From the NCBI GenBank assembly GCA_009914755.4, contig CP068257.2, positions 43,328,001 to 43,392,000 on the forward strand: DNA of 64,000 nucleotides, in the 5' to 3' direction. The translations under genes and the position numbers were made by a program. Below are positions 1-12,084 of this stretch, piece after piece. Below the pieces are notes generated by a model. It was not told where the DNA came from. It saw only the letters and a program-made list of their open reading frames with translations, and searched no databases. This DNA comes from the human T2T-CHM13v2.0 reference genome, Homo sapiens. Each line of letters opens with the position of its first letter. The first letter of the stretch is position 1.

Positions 1-960
1 GTGGGGCTGACCCGGGTCCAGAGGTGGAGGGATATGAGTGGGAGCCACGGGCCACGGTGCTTCCTGAGCCTGCAGAGGCCGAGAGCTGGGGCTCCAGCCG
101 GTGCTCCGCACAGGTACCCTGTTCTCAGGGCGTGAGCTCGTGAGGCCCGTGGGGGCTGTGGGGGACGTTTCGGGGGCACCCAGGCCCACCCTTGTGAGGA
201 GCCTGGTGGCTCTGCTGATGCCGAGCTCCCTCATGTGCCCCTCCCCCGACATTGACCACAGCTCCTGCCGGGTCCCACTGGGGGTCCCCCCAACTCACTG
301 TTCTGCCACAGCCTCCACCCCACAGAGACCCTGCTGTGCTCAGCTGAGGCCCCTGAGCATCCACCATGCTCTTCTCGTGCCTCTGACAGGGGCTGCAGTC
401 TCCCCTCCTGAGTGGACCTTTCCCTGATGCCCACCTAACACTGCACACCCTGTCCTGCCCCTCACTCTGTCGCACAGAGGGTGGCCCGTGAGGACGGCTC
501 AGGCCTGCTGTCGGGTGTGGTGAGCGTGTGGGACCCACTCATGCAGGGCCCTGGGACACACATCCCAGAGCTTGTCCTCATGGGGCGGGAGCTGCCTCGT
601 GCGTCCTCCCCAGGAGGGACGGGGCCTGATGTGAGTGCGGTTGCTCTCCCGAGCTGTACCTACCTGTGTGGGAAGCACATGCCTCCCAGCCTCACCACGG
701 GTCTGGATGTGGTTTGTTCTTCAGGAAAGAGGCAGGCCCCTGCCCCACCCTTGGCTGCTGGCATCACAGCGCCCCTCCCCCGCCCCCTGCTGAGAGCTGG
801 GGTGGTGGGTTCTGGGCCCTTAGTGCATGAGTGGCCAAGCCAGCGGGCCTGGGCCTGGGCCTGGACCCCAGTGGGGCCCCTCCACCCCCCTGCCCTGGGC
901 AAGGCCTGGTCCCGAGCATGAGCCCTCCTCCTGACGCACTGAGGTGCTCCCTCCAGAACC

Positions 961-1120
961 CCATCACCCAGTGACACAACCCCGCCACCCAGTGACGCAA
1001 CCCCCAGTGACACAACCCTGCCACCCGGTGACGCAACCCCCAGTGACACAACCCCCAGTGACGCAACCCCGCCACCCAATGAAGATACCACCACCCGGTG
1101 ACGCAACCCCACCACCCATT
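961..1120. repeat. C-rich tandem repeat, unit about 15-21 bp (CAGTGAC[G/A]CAACCCC[GCCACC]), about 9 copies
   Basis: Direct reading: repeated cagtgacgcaaccccc / cagtgacacaacccc with gccaccc extensions. Confidence 0.7.
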
Positions 1121-1353
1121 GAGCCATTTGCCAGTGGCAGGTTCCATGTGCCCTGACAATGTGGACAGTGTTCCATGTGCCAGCCTGCTGTGGTGTGTGC
1201 ACCCCAGGACGGCTCAACCAGGAGGGCAGCGGCTGCATGACCCTCCCTGTCACCTCGCAGGGGATGCAGCCTGCTGATAAGCTGCTGCCTGTGGCGCCCG
1301 TCTCCCAGGAGCTTGGCTTTCAGGCTCTTTGTGCCTGGGTCACATGCACGTGA

Positions 1354-1837
<484 letters not shown>

Positions 1838-2094
1838 TAATTTTGCTGTTTAAAAAATAATTTTCTTTCTCCTACTAACTTTCCATATGGGCAGAAAGCA
1901 GGGGCTGTGTGCAGTGTCAAACCTGGGGTCCATCCTTTCATGGCCCAGCTGCCCAGGCTCGAGGGTGGCAGGTCACGCGCTGCAGGCCCAGGCAGCTCCA
2001 GGCTGGCATCCCGCGGCGGAGGCACCAGAGCACTGGGTCCAGAATAGGAGCGGCCGCCTGGAGTGGCGATGTGATGACCGAACATTCCTGGTTC

Positions 2095-2165
2095 TTGGAC
2101 AAAAATGTGACCCTGGTCAAGTATCCTTTCCCTGTTTTCAGTTTTCTCATCTGAAAAATGTGCTT
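2095..2165 (+). mobile_element. MIR SINE core fragment
   Basis: tgaccctggtcaag…cctgttttcagttttctcatctgaaaaatg resembles MIR core (gaccttgggcaag…cctcagtttcctcatctgtaaaatg). Confidence 0.35.
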
Positions 2166-2639
2166 GGCGCTCCCAGAAGGGAGAGGGCTGTATCAACACC
2201 CAGCCCCCAGGCCGAGGAGGATGTGCCCCTGCCTCCCTGCGGGGCTCTGGGCCGGGAAGGCACATCTGCTCTCAGCCCTGAGAGCCTCCTGTCGCTGGGA
2301 GTCCCCGTCCCTCCTCAGATGTGGCTCAGGCAGCAGTGCCTCCTGACCCTGGGGGAGCTCTTGGAATCAGCCCTATTTTAGACAGGCTTTAGATTCGTAG
2401 AAAAATGGCAAAGATGGTGCCAAGAGCTCCATGCAGCTCCCCCGTCCCCGCATGCTGTTGCTCTGACATGAGTGTGGTACGTTCGTCACATGGAAGGAAC
2501 CAGTATCAACAGAGAAATAGTGAGCGTTAAGTAATTAATAGTTAACTAAAGCCCATACCTTAGGTTTCCTTCATTTTTCCCTAACGGACTCTTTCTGCCT
2601 CAGGATCCGTACAGGATCCCATGTGACATTCAGATGTCA

Positions 2640-3180
2640 TGGCTCCCTCGGCCCGTCTTGGCTGTGAGTTTCTCAGACTCCTCTTGGTTTTAATGACCTT
2701 GACTGTTCTGAGGAAGCTGCCTGTCAGCTGAGATCTGTCTGATGTTTTTCTAATGGGTACAGGAAGGGACTGGGTTTGGGGAGGAAGCCCCCAGAGGCGA
2801 AGTGCCACTGTCACTCCACTGTATTGGGCACACCCTGTCACCTGACTCACCGTGAGGCTGAGCTGGCCCCTGCTGGGTTGAGTCCCCCCCTCCATGCTGT
2901 CCGCTTTGGGAGGAAGTCGCTCTGCAGCCCTGGCCTCGGGGTGGGGGTTGTGCTCTACCTCCTGGAAGACACAGCAGTGACAGAGACTGTTTGGAATCCT
3001 GCTGGGAAAGGAGCTTTGTCTCTTCTCCCCGTGTATGTGTCGCTCATGCGTCGGTGTTGGTCTGGACAGATGGATGTTTAGTTTACACACAGCGTTACTT
3101 GATTTTGGTGCCGAAACTGTTCCAGCATTGGCCGCTGGGAGTTCTTGCAGTTGCCCCCAGCTCCCTTTGGCCCCATTGAC
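2640..3180. repeat. ancient interspersed repeat, family not assigned
   Basis: Segments (ctcttggttttaatgaccttgactgttctgagg…tctgatgtttttct…ggaggaagcccccagaggcgaagtgccactgtcac…aattgttccagcattggccgctgggag) match, with substitutions, a common mammalian repeat consensus I recall but cannot name with confidence. Confidence 0.3.
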
Positions 3181-3837
3181 GTGGGGGTCGTATTTTTAGC
3201 TCTTTCCCACTGCCGAGCACCAACAGGTAACCCAGGCGCATCTTGGACATCTCCTGCCAGTCCTGCTGTTTCTCTAGGGAGCCCTGGCCCTGGTATTGCA
3301 GGAGGTGTGAGACCCTGAGATCTGGGGCTCGGTGCGCCTGTCCCAGGATCTGGGGTTTGGCGTGCCTGGGCGGCGGGCCGTGTCTCTGGGAACTGCATCT
3401 TGGTCCCGGCAGGCAGGTCTGCCCCACTGACCACCACTCTTGGACTCTGATGTGCTTTGGGCTTGAGGGGTCAGCAGGCGAGCACCAGTGGCCTGGGAGG
3501 CTGGAGGGTGGACAGCCTCTCCCTCCCAGCCTGGAGCTCTGTCTCTCACTTCTCCCCTTCCCACCTAGTGGGGAGAACATATGGCTTGGGCTGGCAGAGC
3601 TGTCCTTGTGGAACCCAAGCATTGGGTCCTTGCCCCACGGCCCCTCCCAACCCTCAGTCCCCTCAGTCCCCTCCCAACCCAGCTCCCTCAATCCCCTGTC
3701 CTGGCGCCCTGCCCTGAGGGCCTCATGCCCCTGGGGTGCAGGATGCAGAGCTGGAATCTCAGAGGCCAGGGCAGGGCCCGTGTTTGGGGTCCACGTCACT
3801 CCTGGCTGAGAAGCAGGCATCGAGCGACACTTGACTC

Positions 3838-4025
3838 CGGTGACCCCCATGCTCTGGACCTCCACCTCCTGTGTGCGCTTTGTGGGCAGTTGTCGGGAGG
3901 GGACCCCCCATGCTGTGGACCTCCGCCTCCTGTGTGCGCTTTGTGGGCGATTGTCGGGAGGGGACCCCCCACGCTCTGGACCTCCACCTCCTGTGTGCGC
4001 TTTGTGGGTGATTGTCGGGAGGGGA
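3838..4025. repeat. 61-bp minisatellite, about 3 copies
   Basis: ggtgacccccatgctctggacctccacctcctgtgtgcgctttgtgggcagttgtcgggagg repeated three times with point variants. Confidence 0.85.
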
Positions 4026-5793
4026 GTGGTGGTGACGCCGCTGCTCCTGCCTGGAGGGAGTGCCGTGGGGGCTGGTGAGGGTCCACACTGGGCGGAGTTA
4101 GGCTCCAATTCCTCCTCGGCTTCCTGCTGTTAGGCCTCGTGGAGTCGCGTCCCTGCCGGTGCTTGCCCTTGGCCCATGACGGTAACCGCCCAGCACTCTG
4201 TCCCCGGGGCCCTGAACTCCGGAAACCCCACTGGGAGGCTGTGCGTCCCGCCTGGGAGGATGGGGTGTGGGACGCGTGGGTGGGGGACGGTCCCCGCCGT
4301 GGGGAGGGGAGGTGCCGCGCCTGGCCTCGTGGGCACTGCAGCCACCCTGGGTGCAGCTCCTCTGCTTTGGGACCTTGGGAGGCATTGGTCCCACCCCCAC
4401 TGCTAGTTCATCTCTTAAAGTGAGGGTGCAGCTCCAGGGCCCGAGGTTTCCCCAACCAGGAAGGATGTCCTGGACCCGGGCTCAGGTCTCCTGACCCCAG
4501 CACGTGGCTGCCCAGAGCCCTGGCACCAGGGGTGCACCTAGAGGAGGGGGCCCCACGCTGATGGCTCCTGCAAGGATGGGGACCGGGGACAGCTCTGGGC
4601 AGTCAGTGAGGGAGCTGCTGCTCAGGGGTGGACACAGGGAGGGGGTCGGCTGGCCAGGGGGGCAGAGCTTCTGCATCGGGGCAAGGCTGGCCCAGGAGAG
4701 GCCTTGGGGAGATGTCGTCAGCCCCGGCAGAGCCCCTGCAATGAATGGAGCTGTGGCTTTGAGCGGGCAGAGGGGACGGGAGATGCAAGGGGCTGTCATC
4801 TGCCAGTGTGAGCAGGAAGGGATGGGGACTGATTCCTTCCCCAGATCAGCGCAGAGCTAGGGTTAAAAGAAAGCGGGTGCTGAGGGCTATTTTGGGCAGA
4901 CACAAAATGTCTGTCATTCATATTTTAAGAGATCCATGAATAAAAGATGAAGTCTCCTGGCCTGAGGCTAAGTGTAGGGCTGGTCTGAGGACTCTGCGTC
5001 TCTGCCTTCCCGCCGTCGTCTGGGTCCCATCTCACTGTGTGGACGGCAGATCTGAGAAGGCGCCTGGTGTGGCCTTGCGGGTTCTCTGTTCCTTTTAAGG
5101 CCCAGGTCGCTGTCCCATGTGAACATTCGGCCAGGTGGGCGGCTGCCTTGGCCGGCTGACCACAAGGAGTGCAGGCGAGCTCCCGAAGATTCCCACGGTT
5201 AACTGAGGGTGAGAAGCTCCGCGGGCAGCCGGAGCCTGCCTGGGGTGGACGTCAGAGATGAGAGTGTCCTGGCCCGCCCGTGCCCTTAGTCAAGGCCCAG
5301 CTTGGTGGTTTGGAGATCCCAGGACTAAAGGAAATAGCCAGCAGCACTCAGGAAACCTCCTCAGTTCCTCCACCTGTCCATGGGGGACTGCAGTGCTCGT
5401 TGGCACCCCCCGCAGGTGCAGGCAGGGCAGGATCTACGGTGGGTCCACGCCCCTGTCCCCAAGTTCAGTCATCAGGAGGGCAGGTGCAGCTTCCCACTGT
5501 AGCACAGCGTGCGCCTTCTTCTAAAGAGAGGACCTGGGGACATGTAGGCTTGGGTGGGTGACTCAGCCTTCCTGGGAAGTGGTGTGTACTGCGGGAGTGG
5601 GACTGGCTGTGCCTGCCAGGGTCCTTTGGCCCGAAGTGTGAGGTGTCTGCGCAGCCTGCCCTGGCCAGGCAGGTGGGGTGGAGACGCTGTATATCGTGAG
5701 ACGTGTTCCTGGCTGACCACTCCCTCCATGTCCCATGGAGCCAGGAGGAGCTGCAGGAGTCACCAGATTCCACACGGAGCAGCTTGGGGCCCG

Positions 5794-5912
5794 CGGTCAC
5801 AGGACGGTCAGGCAGTTGCACTGCTTGTCCGGGGCGGTCACAGGACGATCAGGCAGTTGCACTGCTTGTCCGGGGCGGTCACAGGACGGTCAGGCAGTTG
5901 CACTGCTTGTCC
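5794..5912. repeat. 41-bp minisatellite, about 3 copies
   Basis: ggtcacaggacggtcaggcagttgcactgcttgtccggggc x3. Confidence 0.85.
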
Positions 5913-6149
5913 AGGTCTCGCCTCCATGGCCACAGTGCAGCTTGGAACTTGTGGTTCTGCAGTGGTTTGGTCACCTCTGGCCACCACGACGTCTGCTCTA
6001 AGAAGGGAGGAGCCAGCCTCTGCCCACGGGAAGGTGTTTAGGGGATGCTGGATGCTGACTCATGTGGCTTCTCTGTGTCCACAGCAGGGAGAGCAACAAG
6101 CCCCGGCCCTCAGAGCTCAGCCGGATGAGCGCAGCCCAGAGACAGCAGC

Positions 6150-6480
6150 TTCTGTGAGTGCACCTGCCCACCTCCTCAGGGGTTCAGCTCCTGAGTGCCC
6201 TCACCCTGCCCACCCTCTCCAGGGGTTCAGCTCCTATGTGCCCTCACCCCGCCCACCCTCTCCAGGGGTTCAGCTCCTGAGTGCCCTCACCCCGCCCACC
6301 CTCTCCAGGGGTTCAGCTCCTATGTGCCCTCACCCCGCCCACCCTCTCCAGGGGTTCAGCTCCTATGTGCCCTCGCCCCGCCCACCCTCTCCAGGGGTTC
6401 AGCTCCTGTGTGCCCCCACCCCGCCCTCTCCAGGGGTCCTGAGTGCCTCCAGCCTGCCCTCCCAGGGGTTCAGCGGCTGA
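6150..6480. repeat. 43-44-bp minisatellite, about 7 copies, two alternating variants (ctgagtg / ctatgtg)
   Basis: ggggttcagctcctgagtgccctcaccccgcccaccctctccag repeated head to tail. Confidence 0.85.
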
Positions 6481-7261
6481 GAGCCCCGCCCGTGCCTCTA
6501 GTCCCCTCCACGCTGCTCCGCTGGCTCCTGCCTGTCTGCTCCAGGGGGGCTTTTCAGTGCAGTCAGGTCCTGTGGCCCTGGGTCAAGTCCCGCCTCCCAG
6601 GAAGGCTTCCAAGGGGAGTCATGGATCTAAAATGATGGGTGGACGCAGCCCCATCTCCGCCCCTCCCCTCCGCTGGCTGGTTGAAATCTGGATGATACGT
6701 TTGGTTCTGTGACTGGGCACTGCGGCCCCCAGTTAGCAGGGCTAGGACACTGATTTGCAGAAATTTGTACTCAGTTGTCCTCTTGGGTACAAAAATCTCC
6801 AGACCACGCACGCTCTCTTGCCTCTTTGCAGACTCAGCTCCAGTTTCCACTGAGAGAGCCACATTCTACGCCCTTGTAAGATGGTTTTAGTTAGCTGCTG
6901 GGATGATTTTTCCTGTGGTTTGAAATGGCTTTGCTCAGGTGTTTATCAGTGGGAGCGTTTTGTGTCAGTTCTACCAAGGCCCATTGTGCCTTTCCAGTTG
7001 AGAGTCTGAAGTCTGTTTTGTGAGTTCGATTATGCTTAGAAGCTGCTGTCTGTTTTGTGAGTACAGTTGTGTTGGGAAGCTGGTGTCGAATGGTAGCTCC
7101 AAAGATTTCTTTATTGTCTCGGCCCTTCTTCAGGGGCACCAATTATGCACTTACTGGATCTCTCTAATCTATCTGTCTTCCATCTCATGTTCTCTAATCC
7201 ATTTTTACTCTAGACACTTTGTAGGGTCTAGGTGAAGTATAGATAGTATAGTAAACTGTTT

Positions 7262-7410
7262 TTTTTAGTTTTTTAAAAAGTTTTTATTTTTATTTTTTAG
7301 AGACAGTTCCTTGCTCTGTGGCCCAGGCTGGAGTGCAGAGGTGTGATCAAGGCTCACTGCAGCCTCCGCCTCCTGGGCTGCAGCGATCCTCCTGCCTCGG
7401 CCTCCTGAGG
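7262..7410 (-). mobile_element. truncated Alu (right-arm fragment, about 110 bp plus A/T-rich tail), antisense
   Basis: tttt-rich tail then agagacagttccttgctctgtggcccaggctggagtgcagaggtgtgatcaaggctcactgcagcctccgcctcctgggctgcagcgatcctcctgcctcggcctcctgagg; Alu homology stops there. Confidence 0.75.
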
Positions 7411-8829
7411 AGCAGGGTCTTCCCGTAGATCTTTGTGTTTGTCCTCTTTGGTTTCTGCTTCTCTGTTTATGAACTGAGTTCTTCCCAGGCCAGTCTTGTC
7501 TGGAGACAGTTTGCGAACAGCAGAGCCCTCTCCGTGTGGCCATCGTCCTGCCTGGCCTCCCTCTCCGCCTCTCCCCAGTGCACAGCCTGGTCCGGGGAGC
7601 CCCTCCCTGCCTGGACAGGGCGACGGGTTTTCCTCTTGCAGACTGTCTGTCGCCCGCACCCCTCGGTGCCCCCATGTCCTTGCGGTCGCGGCATTTTGAA
7701 GCAGCTCAGGTTAACGGGTCTCCTGGTTTCATCAAAGATGGAGTTTGGTTTCTCGCTGCTTCTGAGAGGAGAGCAGGAGGCCCCTTCCTTGTTCACTCCG
7801 TGTTTTGGAGCCAGAGGTCTGTTCCCTTTCATGTCCATGGTGCTTTCTGGCGCCTGTGGACAGGGCTCAGGTGTTTGAGTGGCTTGGATCCTTCGATCCC
7901 AAGATCCCAGTGGGAAGCAAGAGTGTTCCCCTCCCTGGGTCATGCTCCCCTGGGGGCTTCATGTTGGGCATGAGCCTTGTAGCTCCTGGAGCTGGTGGTC
8001 CGTGCCCCAAGGCTGCTCCCCTGAGTACGAAACCAAGGAAGGGCTTTTCTCTCAGGTGGGAGGCCCCGTCTATGGGTCTCTGTTTACGGTTGTCCAGGAT
8101 GGCATCTGGAGGCCTGGCCCAGCATGGGAGCCACACAGTGCCAGGGGCACCGAACCCGTGTCCCATAGTGTCTAAACTCAGGCGCAGGCACAGGCTCCCC
8201 CTGCAGCCCCTCCCCGTGCAGCTTCGCTTCCAAGCGTCACTGTCACGGCTCCTTTCCTTCCCCAGCTCTGACCCAGGACTCTGCCCAGTGGACCACAGTG
8301 CTAAGAACCTGGCCTGGGCCTTCCCCTGGCCTCGGCTCCTCAGTTGCCCCAGGTGGGGCCTTGTTGGGTCCTGGTAGCCCCAGAGATCACTAGTAATGTC
8401 CAGGCTGTGACTGGGGCATTTCACCCTGACTTTACGGGGACAGCCCCAGCTGCCATGCTGGGGCCAGGGTGGCAGTGGCAGGAGGAGGTGGTGGTTAGTG
8501 ACCAGCAGAGCCCTGACCGCCTCCTGCTGTGGAGACGGCCCCAGCCCCACTGTCCTCTGTGGCTCTGGTGTGTGGGCACCCCGCCCAGGCGGTCGTCCAG
8601 CGGGGTGTGAAAGAGCCTTGTCAACTGCCCAGGAAACCAGGGCCAGTGTGGTCCAGCCTTGCACAAGGCTCCGTGCACACGGGGCACACAGGCCGGAGGG
8701 GTACAGGCCCCACCTCCCCGCCACCAGGCTCAGGGCCTCTTGGCAGCTGCGGCAGAGCCCGTCTGGGAGCTGCCCCCGAGGCTTCTGTGCCTGAGAGGGG
8801 ACCCAGGCCACCTTTTGTGTTCCACAGGG

Positions 8830-9140
8830 CAGCTCTCTGGCGTGCGGCTGGCTGCGCGGGGTTTAGAGCAGGAGCTGAGTGGCCGCCGGGCTGGGTGGCG
8901 GCTGGGGTGAGCTGGTGCCATGCTGGGTCGTCGCCGTGGCACCCATCTGGGGCTGCCGCGCCCCACTCTGCTGCAGGCCTCTGCCGGCTCAGGCTCTCGG
9001 CTCTCGGCTCTCGGCTCTCCTCTGTGTGCACCTATTTTGGTTGCCCGTGGAGGGAGCCGTCTCTCATGTAAGGAGTGAGTCTGCAGGGCTTGGGAGTTGC
9101 CGCCGCGTTTCTCAGCCTTGGCGGCAGCCCCATCAGCCCC
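8830..9140. promoter_or_regulatory. CpG-rich patch with an embedded (GGCTCTC)n microrepeat; possible weak CpG island or first exon
   Basis: Many CpGs (gcgtgcggctggctgcgcggg…gccgccgggc…gtcgtcgccgtgg…ccgccgcgtttc). A strong donor-like site CAT|GTAAGGAGTGAGT is at 9068. Confidence 0.3.
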
Positions 9141-9395
9141 AGACTTGCTGGCTGGGTGACACCTCAACGGCAGACCCCACAGTGGGCGCTGCCAGGGCTC
9201 TGGGATGCACGTGGCCACGAGGAGGGCCCGGGGCAGCCTCTCCCCTCCTGCCGGAAGTTTCCGAGGCCCCAGTACTCAGTCCCGTGGTGGCCCCAGGCCT
9301 CTGCCATTCATTTCGGTGTCTGACGTTTCCGGGTGTTGAGGGGCTGAGGGGTCCGGGGGTTCCTGCCTGCTGATCTGTGGTCTCCATTCTTTCAG

Positions 9396-9519
9396 CGAGG
9401 AAGAAAGGACCCGGTTTCAGGAGCTGCTGGCCAGTCCGGCCTACAGAGCCAGCCCCCTGGTGGCCATCGGGCAGACGCTGGCCCGGCAGATGCAGCTGGA
9501 AGATGGCGGCCAGCTCTGA
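9396..9519 (+). CDS. candidate 3'-terminal coding exon (…SEEERTRFQELLASPAYRASPLVAIGQTLARQMQLEDGGQL*), product unknown
   Basis: Polypyrimidine tract plus AG acceptor (tctccattctttcag|C) at 9381-9395. The open frame runs from 9340 to TGA at 9517-9519. AATAAA lies at 9643-9648. The peptide is non-repetitive with balanced composition, unlike the surrounding noise ORFs. There is no database confirmation. Confidence 0.3.
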
Positions 9520-9642
9520 CCAGGGCAGCGGGCATGCCACAACTCCTCAGGACACATGTGGGCCAAGTAGAGAGCGCCGGCCCCTCAAGGACCATGGCCT
9601 GAGCCTGGTGGACGCCCTTCCCTCTGGTCGGTTGTGGGGCTC

Positions 9643-9648
9643 AATAAA
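9643..9648 (+). promoter_or_regulatory. candidate polyadenylation signal AATAAA
   Basis: ggctcaataaatggctctgtgaa, about 125 nt downstream of the in-frame stop of the candidate exon. Confidence 0.3.
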
Positions 9649-11099
9649 TGGCTCTGTGAACTTCCCCTGCACTGCCAGGGCCGTTCCCATGAGCTGCTTC
9701 CCTGATTCACAGGGCTGGGCACACCCTGGGACAGCTGCCCCCACTCTCCTCAGGACAACAAGCCACATCCCTCCACTGGGGGCCCCAGCCCCCACGCAGT
9801 CAGGGTGGACCGTGCACAGGGTTTGTGGGGACTGCAGTTGTGGAGGCCCCAAGTCCGTCCCTGAGCAGGCGCTGGTGCCCACAAGATAGTCTGCTGGCTG
9901 TGTTGGGAAGGAATTGTGCCTGGGTGTGGCCCCAGCTGTGCCACCAGCCGCCCTGATTTGCTTCAGCCTCAGTTCCTGCTGCGGCCCTGGTAGGATCCAG
10001 GAGCACTGAGGCCTGCAGGGGCTGCCGTGGGGGCTGGCTCAGGGCCTTCACCACCTGGGGGTCTGTTTCCCTTCCAGTCTCCCCTGCCATCCTCAGTGAC
10101 CAGGGACACAGATGGCCCTGGCAAGGCCCCCGGCCTGCTCCTCGCCTGTTGTCTGCACCCCGTGGGCTGCACCCCCCCTACCCCACCCGTTGCCCTCACC
10201 CTACCCAGCTGCTCCACACCCAGGCAGCCCACTGCCTTGCTCTGGGGGCGGAGAGCAGAGGGTCCTTCTGCAGGGAGGAGACGCGGAGTGGGCCCAGCCC
10301 TGAAGCTCTTGCTGACCCGGAAGTGAGAGAGGTCCTCCTTTGTTGCTGGAAGCCCTGGGATTTGGGGGTTGGTTTTTGGACTGTGAATCAGTGACTGATC
10401 AGTCCTTGTTTTCAGGTTGTGGAAAGCAAGGGGGTGGTGCGTCCCCAGGCCCCTGAGGCCCAGCTTGGCTCCCCCTGCCCGAGCTCCCCCCGTCCCAGGG
10501 CCCTGCAGGGCCTCGCTGGCCCATGTCCTGCAGCGGGGCTGGGCAGGCTGGATGTGGTGGTGTACCCCACTCAGAGTGTCTGGGAAGTGCAGAGCAGGAC
10601 CACTCTCAGCTCCCAGGCGGGGGCCCAGCACCCTGAGCCTTCCCAGGCTGCCTGGGGTGGGGGTGGTCCCAGGGACTCTGGGGCCTCCTGGCTCCAGGGC
10701 ATGTGGGTGGCCCCTATGCACAGCCCCTCTTGTTGTGAGCCCCCATGGTCCGACCTCCTCTGGCCTTGCTGCCTGCTCAGGGTTCATAGCCCCAGCAGCC
10801 CCGCCAAGGATGCCTGGCGAGTGGGTGGCCGAGGCAAGTTGGAGCCTGTGTCCCTGCTGTTCAGTGTCCTGGCCCTTCCCTGACACGAGCAGACACGGCA
10901 TCCACAGAGACAGCCCGGACACCCTCCAAGGCCCCGGCCGATGGGACAGACGGGCGTACAGGAGCCATAGGCAGCAGATCCCACGCTCCCTCGGCCGGGG
11001 CCAGCTTGGCTGCCCAGCCCCAGCTCCTTAGAGAACGGGCTTCTCGCTTCAGAGGAGCTGGTCACAAACCAGTGGTCGCGACAAAACCATTCCTGTGGT

Positions 11100-11540
11100 G
11101 GAGCGCGTGTGGGGCGCGTGTGGGGCGCGTGTGGAGCGGGTGTGGGGCGCGTGTGGAACGTGTGTGGGGCGCGTGTGGGGCGGGTGTGGGGCGGGTGTGG
11201 GGCGCGTGTGGGGCGCGTGTGGGGCGGGTGTGGGGCGCGTGTGGGGCGGGTGTGGGGCGGGTGTGGGGCGCGTGTGGGGCGGGTGTGGGGCGCGTGTGGG
11301 GCGGGTGTGGGGCGCGTGTGGAACGTGTGTGGGGCGCGTGTGGGGCGGGTGTGGGGCGCGTGTGGGGCGGGTGTGGGGCGCGTGTGGGGCGGGTGTGGGG
11401 CGCGTGTGGGGCGGGTGTGGGGCACGTGTGGAACGTGTGTGGGGCGCGTGTGGGGCGGGTGTGGGGCGGGTGTGGAACGCGTGAGGGGCGCGTGTGGGGC
11501 GGGTGTGGGGCGCGTGTGGGGCGGATGTGGGGCGCGTGTT
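11100..11540. repeat. G-rich 12-bp minisatellite (GCGTGTGGGGCG / GGGTGTGGGGCG), about 37 copies
   Basis: Direct reading; periodic gtgtggggcg with g/c alternation at two positions. Confidence 0.9.
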
Positions 11541-11651
11541 GGGAACAGCGTCCGGGATGCACAGAGCACAGCGCGGTGGGGAGGCGGCAGGGGCGGCTTC
11601 CACTTCCTCCAGCATCCCAATCCCACCGTCTGGGTTTCTTGTGAAAAACCT

Positions 11652-11946
11652 GGCCGGGCGCAGTGGCGCACACCTGTAGTCCCAGCACTTGGGGAGGCCA
11701 AGGCAGTCGTATCACTTGAGGCCAGGAGTTCAAGACCAGCCAACATAGTGAGACCCCATCTTGACAAAAAAATAGAAAAATTAGCCGGGTGTGGTGGTGC
11801 GTGCCTGTAGTCAGCTACTGGGGAGGCTGAGGTGGGAGGATTGCTTGAGCCTAGGAGGCCGTGGCTATAGTGAGCCAAGATTGCGCCACAGCACTCCCAC
11901 CTGGGTGACAGGGTGATCCTCTCTCTAAAAAATAAAAACGTAAAAA
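11652..11946 (+). mobile_element. Alu SINE (full length), sense
   Basis: ggccgggcgcagtggcgcacacctgtagtcccagcacttggggaggccaagg … gagccaagattgcgccacagcactcc … A-rich tail. Confidence 0.92.
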
Positions 11947-12084
11947 TGTTTTTTGCTTCCTGGTTTTGAAATGACTCTTGTCTGGTTGTGGCTCGCAGCC
12001 CCTCTTCTAGGGATCCTTGCGGGCTCAGGGGCCTCTAACTCCTCCCTGGGTAAGCAGCCCCCGGCGGTGCCTGAGAGTCGTGTG

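Noticed and set aside
3095-4108. 337-aa minus-strand ORF and several overlapping plus-strand ORFs
   Set aside because: The sequence is GC-rich and unique. The ORFs overlap a 61-bp x3 repeat and overlap one another on opposite strands. The peptide is compositionally biased (P/G/R/S) with no recognisable domain, which is typical noise in GC-rich human DNA.
9377-9889. 170-aa plus-strand track ORF overlapping the candidate terminal exon
   Set aside because: It is in a different reading frame from the splice-supported frame and continues through the poly(A) signal region. The MVSILSARKKGPGFRS… sequence starts inside the polypyrimidine tract and reads like out-of-frame noise. I prefer the 9396-9519 frame.
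10784-11878. 364-aa minus-strand ORF and 212-233-aa plus-strand ORFs, (PHTRPTPAPHAP)n and (GRVWGACGAGV)n
   Set aside because: These are translations of the 12-bp G-rich minisatellite at 11100-11540.
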